Shown: one piece after another, positions 1-8,925 of the stretch
How the letters are laid out: each line of letters begins with the position of its first letter
Numbering within the stretch: the first letter of the stretch is position 1
NCBI GenBank assembly: GCA_965223905.1
Contig: CBDCXV010000011.1
Coordinates: 160,001 to 224,000, forward strand
DNA: 64,000 nt
From: Candidatus Latescibacterota bacterium
Lineage (GTDB): Bacteria > Latescibacterota > UBA2968 > UBA8231
Direction of reading: 5' to 3'
The notes under the pieces: generated by a model
What the model was told of the DNA's origin: nothing
Database searches by the model: none
What the model saw: only the letters and a program-made list of their open reading frames with translations
Translations under genes and position numbers: made by a program

Positions 1-1
1 C

Positions 2-640
2 GACAGGCCATACCACGGCGAGCGCGGCGGCGATTCCGGAGCCGCCATCCGGCGCAAGGGCCTGGTCAAGGTCTGGGGGGAGTATGTGCACGACCTCATG
101 AGGGCGGTCGACTACATCGGTACCAGGCCGGAAGCTGCCCGCGGCCCCATCGGCATGCTCGGGTTGTCGATGGGGGGAATGGAAGCGCTGCTGATCTCAG
201 CCCTCGACCCCCGAGTCGGCGTCGTGGTCTCGGTAGCCGGACAGCTCAGCTGGGAGGAAATCTTCGCTTCCGGCTCTTGGCGCGTGGTTTTCCCGGGGCT
301 GCCACTTGCCCGCGAACTGCGCCGCTCCGCGGCTTCCAACGCCGCGGCTCTGGAAGCATTCCGCAGCCGTTATCCCGGGCTGGAAACCATAGATGCCTCC
401 AGAATCAGCCAGCTTCTGGCGCCCAGGCCCCTGCTGCTGATGACGGGAGCCGAGGATCCCTTCGTGCCCCCGCCGAGCACCCGCCGTACTTATGAAGAGG
501 CGGTTCCGTTCTACGAAAGCGCCGGGGCCGCCGACCGCATCGCCCTGTGGATCGAACCGGATACAGGGCATGCCTTCTCCAAACCGATGGAGGAGCGCTC
601 CCTGCAGTGGTTTGCACGCTGGCTCGAATCCGGAAGCTGA
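2..640 (+). CDS. alpha/beta hydrolase (dienelactone hydrolase/esterase-like), 5' truncated by window edge
   Basis: Frame open from position 2; nucleophile elbow GLSMGG, later D (GAEDP) and H (TGHAF). Confidence 0.8.
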   Translation, partial: DRPYHGERGGDSGAAIRRKGLVKVWGEYVHDLMRAVDYIGTRPEAARGPIGMLGLSMGGMEALLISALDPRVGVVVSVAGQLSWEEIFASGSWRVVFPGLPLARELRRSAASNAAALEAFRSRYPGLETIDASRISQLLAPRPLLLMTGAEDPFVPPPSTRRTYEEAVPFYESAGAADRIALWIEPDTGHAFSKPMEERSLQWFARWLESGS

Positions 641-659
641 CGGCACCCGGGTAACAGCC

Positions 660-1442
660 TCAACCCCCTCTGCGCAGTCCCTGCGAAAATTTCCTTATCT
701 GGCTGCAGATGCGGTGAATTACCATGGCGTCGCGTCTCTCCAAAGGAGTCCTGGTAAGGAAGCGCCGCAGCACCCGGGCGAAGGTTCCCGGGTCGTCGTT
801 GTATGCCTTGAACCCGATCGCTGCCATGGCGTCGAGAACGTTGCGGATGAGGCGCTCGGTCTGCTGCGCGGTGGCCAGGTCAGCCTCAACAGGTCCTGCC
901 GCTGGCAGGCAGGAGGTTTCCCAGGCGTGGAAAAGCTCGTAGGCGACGAGCAGCACCGCGTGGGAGAGGTTGAACGAAGGGTAGGGGACCGCGGCGGGAA
1001 TGCGCAGCAGCCAGTGGCACTGCTCGAGCTCCCGCGACCACAATCCGTCGCGCTCGCGCCCGAACACCACGGCGACGCGATGGCTGCGGGCGCATTCGCA
1101 GGCTTTGCGAAGGAGGCTGCGGTAGTCGTCCTCCAGCTCTCGCAGGCGGCCCTCTCGGCAAGTGGTCCCGATTACGAGATTGGCCTGCCGGACAGCGGCG
1201 CCCAGATCTGGGAACACGGTGCAGTTGTCGAGGATCTCCCCCGAGGCATGCGCCATCCACCGGGTCTCCGGAACGTCCCAGTTACCGGGATTGACAAGCG
1301 ACAGCTGCCCGATCCCGGTGTTCCTGAGCACCCTCGCCACCGCCCCGATGTTGCCGGGTGTTCCCGGCTCGACCATGATCACCGAGATGTTGCCGAGAGG
1401 AGAGCGGGGCGGCCGGTCTTCCATCGTCGAATCCGTTTCCAT
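660..1442 (-). CDS. trmJ: tRNA (C32/U32 2'-O) methyltransferase, TrmJ/LasT (SPOUT) family
   Basis: PGNIGAVARVLRN, VVFGRERDGL, PSFNLSHAV motifs. Confidence 0.85.
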   Translation of the reverse strand: METDSTMEDRPPRSPLGNISVIMVEPGTPGNIGAVARVLRNTGIGQLSLVNPGNWDVPETRWMAHASGEILDNCTVFPDLGAAVRQANLVIGTTCREGRLRELEDDYRSLLRKACECARSHRVAVVFGRERDGLWSRELEQCHWLLRIPAAVPYPSFNLSHAVLLVAYELFHAWETSCLPAAGPVEADLATAQQTERLIRNVLDAMAAIGFKAYNDDPGTFARVLRRFLTRTPLERRDAMVIHRICSQIRKFSQGLRRGG

Positions 1443-1706
1443 GGCGGTATCGCAGGTGGGTGGGCGTCGTGTTTTTTCGAAGCTACGGTAGCGCCAGGGC
1501 TCGGCAAAGGGCCGGTCAGGCCGCTTGCTCTTTGCGATGCCGGCCGTACATTGGTCGAATCAGTTGCGGCCCGTCCACTGCAGGCGCTCCCTTTTCCAAC
1601 TCCTTCGGGAGTGCCAAACCACCCTCGAATACCTCCTGCATTGCGATCCATCAATGGAAGGGAACTCCCGCTTTCTTCCCGCGGGAATCCATCCGACCCC
1701 TCGCTT

Positions 1707-3050
1707 TTGTCGGCGCAGGACAGACCGGCAGGCGCCGGTCATCGGGGCGATGCTTCCGCTGCCTGCGAAATCGACACCCACCCACTCGCGGACGGCGTGA
1801 ATCTCCACCTTCATCCCACCTCGCAGTACAAATCTACCCGCGTGGACATCTTCCTGACTTCGGAACTGCGCTCCCCGGAGGCGACGGAGCGCGCCCTGAT
1901 CGCGCGCCTGCTCGAACGAGGTACGTCCTCGCTGCCGGACGTACGCCGCCTCAACTGGTTTCTCGATGCCCTCTACGGGGCGGGCTTCGGGGTCGGTGTG
2001 GATCAATTCGGGGGCAGCCATATCCTGCACGTTACCCTCGAAGTCGTCGACCCCGGCTACCTGCCGGAGCGGGAAGATCTCCTTGGACAGGGCTTCCGCT
2101 TTCTCCGCGACGTGCTTCGCGACCCCAAAGTCGAGGGCGATCCATGCGGTTTCCCCGAGGCGGTGGTGGACCAGGAGAAAGCAGCTCTGAGGAAGGAGAT
2201 CGAGTCCGTTTTCAGCGACAAGACGGCGTACGCCCTCCGCCGCTGCATCGAGATCATGTGTGCGGGAGAGGCGTACGGAATAGCCCCCCACGGCAGGTGT
2301 GAAGAGCTGCCGCAGCTGAAAGCCGCCGGCCTGCTTGCGTCTCACCGAGATGGCCTGAAACGGCACGGAATAGACATCTACGTCAGCGGGGGGGAGCCGC
2401 CCGACCGGGTGCTCGGTCTTTGTGATGAGCTGTTCTCGTGGCCGCGTGAGTATCTCCCTCCCTTGCCGGCCCTACCCGCGGCACCCGGCCGCGGAGTGAG
2501 GGAAGTGGTGGAAGAAGAGGCGATTCAGCAGGGGAAGCTGGTGTGTGGATACCGCACCGGCGCAACGGTCGTCGACCCCGCGTACCCGGCAATGCTGCTC
2601 CTCGACCTCCTGCTGGGAGCGGATCTTCATTCCCGCCTGCAGCGGTCGCTCAGGGAGGACAGGGGGCTCTGTTATCACGTCGCCTCGTTCATCGAACCGC
2701 TCTGCGGGCTGCTGTTCATCGAGGCCAGTGTCGACGCCGTCGACTACGCGGAGACGCGCCGCCAGATCGATTTCCAACTCGACTCCCTCCGCGATCGCGG
2801 TCCCTTGCCGGAAGAGCTGGAGATGGCGAGGGCAGCGGCCCTGCAACGCCTCTCTTCGATGGGCGGGGACCGGGAATCGTTGGTCCGCTTTCATTTCCAG
2901 CGTCGCCTCGCCGGGGTGAGCGCGTTGCCAGCCCACCTGGGCGAGCAGCTGCGATCGGTAACTTCCGAAGAGATCGCCTTCATGGCGCGCAAAACCGCTT
3001 TGGACACGACATTTTTCCTCGGTAACAGGAAAACTGAGGCCGCAGGTTGA
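1707..3050 (+). CDS. M16B peptidase non-catalytic subunit (YmfF-like); start approximate
   Basis: C-terminal part of ORF 492-3050; no HxxEH; has SRLQRSLREDRGLCYHV (R-Y pair) and QGKLVCGYR; TTG at 1707. Confidence 0.8.
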   Translation: MSAQDRPAGAGHRGDASAACEIDTHPLADGVNLHLHPTSQYKSTRVDIFLTSELRSPEATERALIARLLERGTSSLPDVRRLNWFLDALYGAGFGVGVDQFGGSHILHVTLEVVDPGYLPEREDLLGQGFRFLRDVLRDPKVEGDPCGFPEAVVDQEKAALRKEIESVFSDKTAYALRRCIEIMCAGEAYGIAPHGRCEELPQLKAAGLLASHRDGLKRHGIDIYVSGGEPPDRVLGLCDELFSWPREYLPPLPALPAAPGRGVREVVEEEAIQQGKLVCGYRTGATVVDPAYPAMLLLDLLLGADLHSRLQRSLREDRGLCYHVASFIEPLCGLLFIEASVDAVDYAETRRQIDFQLDSLRDRGPLPEELEMARAAALQRLSSMGGDRESLVRFHFQRRLAGVSALPAHLGEQLRSVTSEEIAFMARKTALDTTFFLGNRKTEAAG

Positions 3051-3068
3051 GCGGAGGCAGCGATCTCC

Positions 3069-4358
3069 TTGCGCCTGAATGAAATCCGGAACCCCCGAAT
3101 CGGCGAGCGCCTGTTGGTGGCAGCTGGCCGCGGCCCGATCCCCGTGTACGTCCACCCGAAGCCGGAGGCACAGCAGTCCCACGCCCTGCTCGCGGTCGAG
3201 TACGGAGCTATCGACAGTCTGTCAGTCGGGGCTCCCCCGGGGGTGGCCCACTTTCTCGAACACCGTCTCTTCGAAAAAAAAGAGGGGGATATCAGCGCGC
3301 GGTTTGCAGTGCTCGGCGCCGAGGTCGACGCGCAGACCTCGTTCACGCAGACCTCGTTTTCCGTCACCTGCGCCGAAGGCCTGACGGGCAGCGTCGAGCT
3401 CCTGATGCGATTGGCGCTCGAACTGCACCTCACAGAGGAAGGGGTCGAGCGCGAGCGGCGCATCATTGCACGCGAGATCGAGTTGTTCGCCGACAACGTC
3501 GAATCGGTCTGCTTCGCCAACGCCCTGCGCGCCCTGTACCCGGACCATCCGATCGGCATCGACATCGCGGGGACTCGGGCGAGCCTTGCGGAGATCGACG
3601 GCCCGATGCTGCGCGCCTGCCACGAAAATTTCTACTGCGCCGGACGCATCTCAGTTTTCGCATCGGGAAAGGTGCAGCCGAAGGAGCTGTGCGAAGTTGT
3701 CGATGCGTATTCCTCTTCTCTTCACCGCAATCACGCCGGCGAGATGCCCGTGAGGCAGGCTCCAGTTCCGGCGCCCGACCGGGTCTGTTCCCGGCTCGCA
3801 GTAGCGCGCTCGCGCGTGTACGTGGCCTTTCACGACAGCGAGTGCGGAATCGATGGGACCGAACTGCTCAAAAAGGAGATCTGCCTCGACATGGCCGCGG
3901 ACATCCTCTTCGGCCCGTCCAGCGAGTTCTTCGCCGACCAGTACGAGGCGGGAGAGATCGATGGTGAGAGTTTCGGCTGGGAAGTCTACGCCGATCCGGC
4001 GTTCGTCTTCGCGTTGATGGGGGGAGACGTCGCCGATGCGGGACGATTCGAGGAAACAGTACGGGAGCGTTTGTCCCGGGCAGTTCGGGACGGGATTGCG
4101 AGCGCCGACTTCGAGCGCGCCGCCCGCAAGGCGTACGGTACGCTGCTGTTTCGCTACGAGGATATCGAGAGCTGCGCCGCCATGGCCCACGGCGCGGTTA
4201 GCCGCGGTGCGCAGCCCTTCGACTACGCGGCAGCTCTGGAGCAGGTTCGCAGACAGGATGTCGAGCACTGCCTGCTGACCTGCTTAACACCGGAGCACTG
4301 TGCCGTTTCCGTGGTCGAACCGATGCCCAGGTCTTCAACGGGGCAGTTGGGTTCGTAA
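3069..4358 (+). CDS. M16B peptidase catalytic subunit (YmfH-like)
   Basis: PPGVAHFLEHRLFE inverzincin motif; HPIGIDIAGT. Confidence 0.85.
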   Translation: MRLNEIRNPRIGERLLVAAGRGPIPVYVHPKPEAQQSHALLAVEYGAIDSLSVGAPPGVAHFLEHRLFEKKEGDISARFAVLGAEVDAQTSFTQTSFSVTCAEGLTGSVELLMRLALELHLTEEGVERERRIIAREIELFADNVESVCFANALRALYPDHPIGIDIAGTRASLAEIDGPMLRACHENFYCAGRISVFASGKVQPKELCEVVDAYSSSLHRNHAGEMPVRQAPVPAPDRVCSRLAVARSRVYVAFHDSECGIDGTELLKKEICLDMAADILFGPSSEFFADQYEAGEIDGESFGWEVYADPAFVFALMGGDVADAGRFEETVRERLSRAVRDGIASADFERAARKAYGTLLFRYEDIESCAAMAHGAVSRGAQPFDYAAALEQVRRQDVEHCLLTCLTPEHCAVSVVEPMPRSSTGQLGS

Positions 4359-4359
4359 C

Positions 4360-5376
4360 ATGCCCTCGCGCGCCGGCACGGAGAAGATCCACGATTTCTT
4401 CATCACCACAGTCTCCGGCCTCGAAAAAGCGGTGCTCGAATCCCTGCGCGCGCAGCTGGCCGGGGCGACGGGTTTCGAGACCGAGTCCGACCGCCGCAAC
4501 GGCCGGATTTACTTCCACTATACCCGCTCTCCGGTAAAATTGACCGCGGTGCGTTCCGCCCTGGCGGCCGCCGGGGTGGTTTCGCGATTCCGTGGTGTGA
4601 CCGTGGGCGGGCCGGGACTCGAACGCGTCTGCGAGCGACTTCGCAGGGCCGACCTTTCCGCGGCCAGGAACCTGGTCAGGGCCTGTCATCCCGAAACCGA
4701 CGTCGACAGCTACCAGCTCGCCTGTACCCTGTCCGGTTCGCACCGCTTCACGCGCGGGGATGTGGAAGACCGGGTACGCGCCATCCTGACCGGCGAGCAC
4801 GGCCTTGAGCCGGCCGGAAATAGTGCCGGGCTTCGCTTGAGGCTGCGGATCTCGGGACCGGAGGCCCTGTTCTGTGTGCAGATCGGTCCCCGGCGGCACC
4901 CCGGGGGACCGGAGCGGGGACTGTCCGAGGCAATGATCGCATCTCTGATGGCGCTGCTGGACCCAGGACCGGAGGACGTCGTTCTCTGCCTTAACTGTCA
5001 GGAGTCGGGACTGGAGGAGTTGTCCCGGTCAGGGCCGAGACGGGTCTTTGCCTTGGGCGACCGCGGCTTCAGCCTGCCTCCGAGAACAATTCCGGGTGTC
5101 CGCCGTGTCGCCGCTGCCCCCGCTGCTCTGCCTTTCGAACCGCGGTCCGCAAGCTGTGTAATCGACGGCACCACCAGAGCGGGGATTCTCGACAGACTCG
5201 AGGCCTTTGCCGCGGTTCTCGCACCTGGCGGGGTGGCGGTGATCCCGTTTGCCGACCTGCACGGAGTCATGGCCGGGTTGCGCACGGCGCAACTGCCTTT
5301 CGAGATTCTCGCGGTCCTGCCCCTGCATATCGGAGGACGCCCCTTCAAGTGCTGCATCCTCGAGTGCCTGTGGTGA
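4360..5376 (+). CDS. THUMP-domain protein with degenerate class I methyltransferase fold
   Basis: FFITTVSGLEK N-terminus, GSHRFTRGDVE THUMP-like segment; ATG 1 bp after upstream stop. Confidence 0.55.
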   Translation: MPSRAGTEKIHDFFITTVSGLEKAVLESLRAQLAGATGFETESDRRNGRIYFHYTRSPVKLTAVRSALAAAGVVSRFRGVTVGGPGLERVCERLRRADLSAARNLVRACHPETDVDSYQLACTLSGSHRFTRGDVEDRVRAILTGEHGLEPAGNSAGLRLRLRISGPEALFCVQIGPRRHPGGPERGLSEAMIASLMALLDPGPEDVVLCLNCQESGLEELSRSGPRRVFALGDRGFSLPPRTIPGVRRVAAAPAALPFEPRSASCVIDGTTRAGILDRLEAFAAVLAPGGVAVIPFADLHGVMAGLRTAQLPFEILAVLPLHIGGRPFKCCILECLW

Positions 5377-5408
5377 GCGGTGGCATAGAGGCCCAGGGTG
5401 AGATCCCG

Positions 5409-6023
5409 ATGACGAAGCATGAACCTCCGTACCACGGCTCGGGTTACATGAACCCGGCCCAGGCCCGTTCCGGGGTCGGGCGGCAGCTCCTGCTGACCCT
5501 GTTGCCCATCGCGGCAACCATCTGCAGTTGCAGCGGAGAAATCGACCGCAGCGATGAATTCGGCTTGGACGAGGGCGGAGGTCCGATCGAGGTGATCGTG
5601 CTCGACTCGAGCTCCTTTCAGTACGAGGAGACCCCGAAAACAGGTGCCCTTGTGGAGGGGGAAGGAGAGAAACCTTCCACAGGCTCAGCTGGCTCCACCG
5701 GACCATCCGGAAACTCCACCGGATCCACTGGACCCGGCGATAGAGGCGAGGGGCTGCTCACTGGAGCAGTGGCCTACGAACCGGACGGGGCGTTCACTGT
5801 TCAGGTCGGGGTGTATGCTTTGGCCCTTAAGGCCGGAGAGCGGGTGGCGGAACTGAGCGCACTGGGATATCCGGCGTACGCGATCGCTCAGCCGGATGGA
5901 AAAGGGGTCCGGGTGCGCATCGGTTATTTCCGGACGCGCGAGGATGCGCGGGCGTTTGGCGACATTTTTTCGGAGGATCACGGGTCCGATTACTGGATCG
6001 ACCGCCGCGTCAATGAGCTTTGA
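5409..6023 (+). CDS. SPOR-domain exported protein, possible lipoprotein
   Basis: Hydrophobic stretch ending CSC, G/S/T linker, FTVQVGVY...VRVRIGYFRTREDA SPOR motif. Confidence 0.8.
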   Translation: MTKHEPPYHGSGYMNPAQARSGVGRQLLLTLLPIAATICSCSGEIDRSDEFGLDEGGGPIEVIVLDSSSFQYEETPKTGALVEGEGEKPSTGSAGSTGPSGNSTGSTGPGDRGEGLLTGAVAYEPDGAFTVQVGVYALALKAGERVAELSALGYPAYAIAQPDGKGVRVRIGYFRTREDARAFGDIFSEDHGSDYWIDRRVNEL

Positions 6024-6429
6024 TCGGTCGCGGCGCCGCGTTCTCTGTTGCGGAACCTTCGACCATTTCCATCCTGGGCACGAGTCCTTGCTGTTCCAGG
6101 CCGCGGCCCTGGGCACGGAGCTTTTCGTGGTTGTTGCCCGCGACGAGAATGTTGAACGAATTAAAGGCCGGCTTCCGGATCACCGCGAAGAGGAGCGCAA
6201 GGCCGCTGTCGAGGGTGCCGGAATCGCCGATGTCGTCAGGCTGGGAAACAAGGGGGCGAATCTCCTTCAGGTGGTCTCCGAGATTGCCCCGGACGTGATC
6301 GCCCTCGGGTACGACCAACGGCCTCCGAAGGGTCTGGCCGACGCATATCCACACTGCGAGATCGTCACCTTGAAGCCGCACCGGCCCGACATCTACAAAT
6401 CGTCGCTTTTTCGCCGGATGGGGGAGTGA
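6013..6429 (+). CDS. cytidylyltransferase-superfamily protein, RibL-type FAD synthase (FMN adenylyltransferase)
   Basis: GTFDHFHPGH, VVVARDENV, PDVIALGYDQ, C-terminal KSS; 138 aa. Confidence 0.7.
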   Translation: MSFDRSRRRVLCCGTFDHFHPGHESLLFQAAALGTELFVVVARDENVERIKGRLPDHREEERKAAVEGAGIADVVRLGNKGANLLQVVSEIAPDVIALGYDQRPPKGLADAYPHCEIVTLKPHRPDIYKSSLFRRMGE

Positions 6430-6451
6430 GGGATGTTTGCCCGGGCCGCCG

Positions 6452-7651
6452 CTACTCCAGGTAACCCAGGTCGCGCAAACGGCGTTCGACCAAGCCATCC
6501 TGCCCCGCTTCCAGTGGCGTCGGCAGAGGGCGACCTGCATACTCGCTGCTCTCCAGGAGCCGGCGATACCTGCCGGTATACGCGGCCACGGTCCGCGGCT
6601 GTGCCACCGGTTCCAGGACGCGGTCCGTTAGTGTCTCGGTAAGTACACCCGTCCCGGAGCCTTCGTCGAAGACGAACTTCCTGCCCTCGTCGAAAAGGGC
6701 CCACAGCAACCCCCTCTCCGGTTCCTTTTCCGCTTCATCTCCGGGCATCTCGATCCCCCTGCCCCCGCCTTCCAGGGGAACGATCTGGGCGAGGTAGTGC
6801 TCGCTTGGTCCGGCCGCTTCCCACAGCGGCCGGCCGAATCCCCGGTAGTCGCGGGGCACCCCCAGCAAACTCAGCACCGTCGGGAATAGATCGATGAGGG
6901 ACACCAGCCTCCTGTTTACAAACCGGAGGTTGTCCCGGAATGGAACGTGCAGCAGCAAGGGGACGCGCAGGACGCTGTTGTCGAGGGTCTGTCCGTGATA
7001 CGGCTCGGCAGCCGTCCAGCTCTCGCCGTGGTCCCCGAAAACGAAGATCGCCCATTCCGCCAGGTCGAAGGATTCGATCAGCGGGGCGAGTTTGCGCTCG
7101 AAGACCTCTTCGACGGCGCGCCGATATCGGGCCGTGACCAGGTCGAGGTGGCCAGCCGCGAGCAGGCCGGCGGTTTCTCCGAGCGCCATCCCGTCAGCCG
7201 CCCCGTACGGGGTATGAGTGCTCCAGTAATGGAGGAGGGCGCACTGGCTTCCCGGCGCCGAACCCAGGCGGGAAAGCACCAGCCTGACACCCTCGTCGGC
7301 CCCCGGCGCGAGCGGTTCGACCGGGAGGCCGAGATCGAGTCCCTCGAAGATTTCCGCGGCTTCCGACAACGCCGTACAGGATATTCCGGCGCCGCGGCAG
7401 AAGTCGAACAGCATCGGAAGCCCTCCCCGCTGGCGGCTGTGGCGCTGCGACAGAATTCCGTGCTCGAAGGGGTATAGCCCCGTAACCAGGCTGAGGTGCA
7501 CCGGCCGGGTTGCCGAGGAGACGGAGAAGCAGTTCGGCGCGAGGCCGAAAGCCGCGGTCAGACGATCGAAGCGGGGTGTTGCGACATCGGGATGTGCGCG
7601 CGAAAGGTGATCGCCGCGCAAGCTGTCGATCGATACCAGGAGCAGGTTCAC
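6452..7651 (-). CDS. sulfatase-like hydrolase/transferase (alkaline phosphatase superfamily)
   Basis: NLLLVSIDSLRGDH, HYWSTHTPY, GDHGE, HG, VSLIDLFPTVL, RLRDLGYL; GTG start overlaps upstream TGA. Confidence 0.8.
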   Translation of the reverse strand: MNLLLVSIDSLRGDHLSRAHPDVATPRFDRLTAAFGLAPNCFSVSSATRPVHLSLVTGLYPFEHGILSQRHSRQRGGLPMLFDFCRGAGISCTALSEAAEIFEGLDLGLPVEPLAPGADEGVRLVLSRLGSAPGSQCALLHYWSTHTPYGAADGMALGETAGLLAAGHLDLVTARYRRAVEEVFERKLAPLIESFDLAEWAIFVFGDHGESWTAAEPYHGQTLDNSVLRVPLLLHVPFRDNLRFVNRRLVSLIDLFPTVLSLLGVPRDYRGFGRPLWEAAGPSEHYLAQIVPLEGGGRGIEMPGDEAEKEPERGLLWALFDEGRKFVFDEGSGTGVLTETLTDRVLEPVAQPRTVAAYTGRYRRLLESSEYAGRPLPTPLEAGQDGLVERRLRDLGYLE

Positions 7652-8790
7652 GTTAGCAGGCCGCGGCCGGCGATCTCCCACACGCACTCGACGACGCCCC
7701 GGCGCAGTCCGACGAAGCGGTCGTGAAGAAAGGTGGTGCTGTCGCTGTACCAGGGCAGGAGCTCGATGCGCTCTCCGACTTCGGGGCCCGGACACCCGTC
7801 GGGGACCGTAAAAACACCGTGCTCCGCCGACAGGTAGCGCAGCTCGAGGTCCTCCCGGCCGAGGGCGCGCGGCGCGCTCTCCGACTGGGACAGGGTCTTG
7901 AACCCGGCGTCGAGGACCACGTGGCTGTGCTGGCGGCTGCTGACCGTCGCCAGCACGGTGAGGGCGAACTGCAAGTCTTCTACGTGGCAGCTTTCACGGT
8001 ACATCGCATCCATGAAGATGCCGCCGCCGGCCTGCAGCTCGGTGATCCCCTCGAAAGCCGAGGTGATGGTATAGGTCCCGGTGCCTCCGGCGCTGACGAT
8101 GTCGCAGCGATGGCCCTGCTCAAGGAGAACATCTCTGCTGAGAACCAGCTTTTCCAGCGACTCCTGGCAGGCCCTTTCCTTCGCTTCAGGAGGCTCGATC
8201 TCCAGCACGTGGCCCTCGTACCCCATGATGCCCTCGAGGCGCAGTCCCGGCCTTCGCGAGATCGCTTCGGCGAGCCGGACCACCTCCTTCCCGGGGAGGC
8301 AACCGGTGCGGTTCATGCCGATGTCGACATCTATAAGCACCGGGATGGTCGTGCCCGCGGCGACCGCTGCCGCGGCCATCGGGTCCAGCACGACCTCGGT
8401 GTCGACGATGGCGATGACGCGCCCATGTTTCTGAATCTCGGCGAGACGGCGTTGTTTGCTCGCGCTCCCTAACTGGTTGGCGAGCAGGATATCGCCGACG
8501 CCGTGGGACACCATCATTTCCGCTTCACTCAGCTTCGCACAGGTGATGCCGGTGGCCCCGGCGGCCACCAGCAGACGGGCGATTTCCGGTGATTTGTGCG
8601 CCTTGCTGTGCGGCCTCCAGCCGGTGCCTTGATCCCGGCAGCGGGCGGCGATGGCGGCGATATTCGACTCGAACCTGTCGAGATCGATAAGCAGGATGGG
8701 AGTGTCGAGCTCCTCCTTGTCCAGGCCGACCAGGGACCGGGGTGAAATCGCGGACCTGGGTGTCATGGCAGTAGTGAAGTTCGAGGCCAT
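7648..8790 (-). CDS. DSD1-family fold-type III PLP enzyme (D-threonine aldolase/D-serine dehydratase-like)
   Basis: LDTPILLIDLD, RPHSKAHKS, GIMGYEGH, SAGGTGT, LSAEHG. Confidence 0.85.
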   Translation of the reverse strand: MASNFTTAMTPRSAISPRSLVGLDKEELDTPILLIDLDRFESNIAAIAARCRDQGTGWRPHSKAHKSPEIARLLVAAGATGITCAKLSEAEMMVSHGVGDILLANQLGSASKQRRLAEIQKHGRVIAIVDTEVVLDPMAAAAVAAGTTIPVLIDVDIGMNRTGCLPGKEVVRLAEAISRRPGLRLEGIMGYEGHVLEIEPPEAKERACQESLEKLVLSRDVLLEQGHRCDIVSAGGTGTYTITSAFEGITELQAGGGIFMDAMYRESCHVEDLQFALTVLATVSSRQHSHVVLDAGFKTLSQSESAPRALGREDLELRYLSAEHGVFTVPDGCPGPEVGERIELLPWYSDSTTFLHDRFVGLRRGVVECVWEIAGRGLLT

Positions 8791-8925
8791 TGGCCGGAGT
8801 GAGGGGCGCTGACGGAGACTCCGGCCGGAACCGGGTGGCTCGAAGACGGTAGGTTGCTTTGGAGACAGAAATCCCGACCTGTCGGCGGCCTGCCCGGACA
8901 GGGGAAGTCATCCATGACATTTCCT

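Noticed and set aside
492-1706. N-terminal 400 aa of the 852-aa ORF, suggesting a large fusion protein
   Set aside because: Antisense shadow of trmJ in GC-rich DNA; M16 similarity starts only after about 1750
5675-5740. CTCCACCGGA-type repeats in the SPOR gene
   Set aside because: They encode a low-complexity G/S/T linker; not CRISPR or mobile
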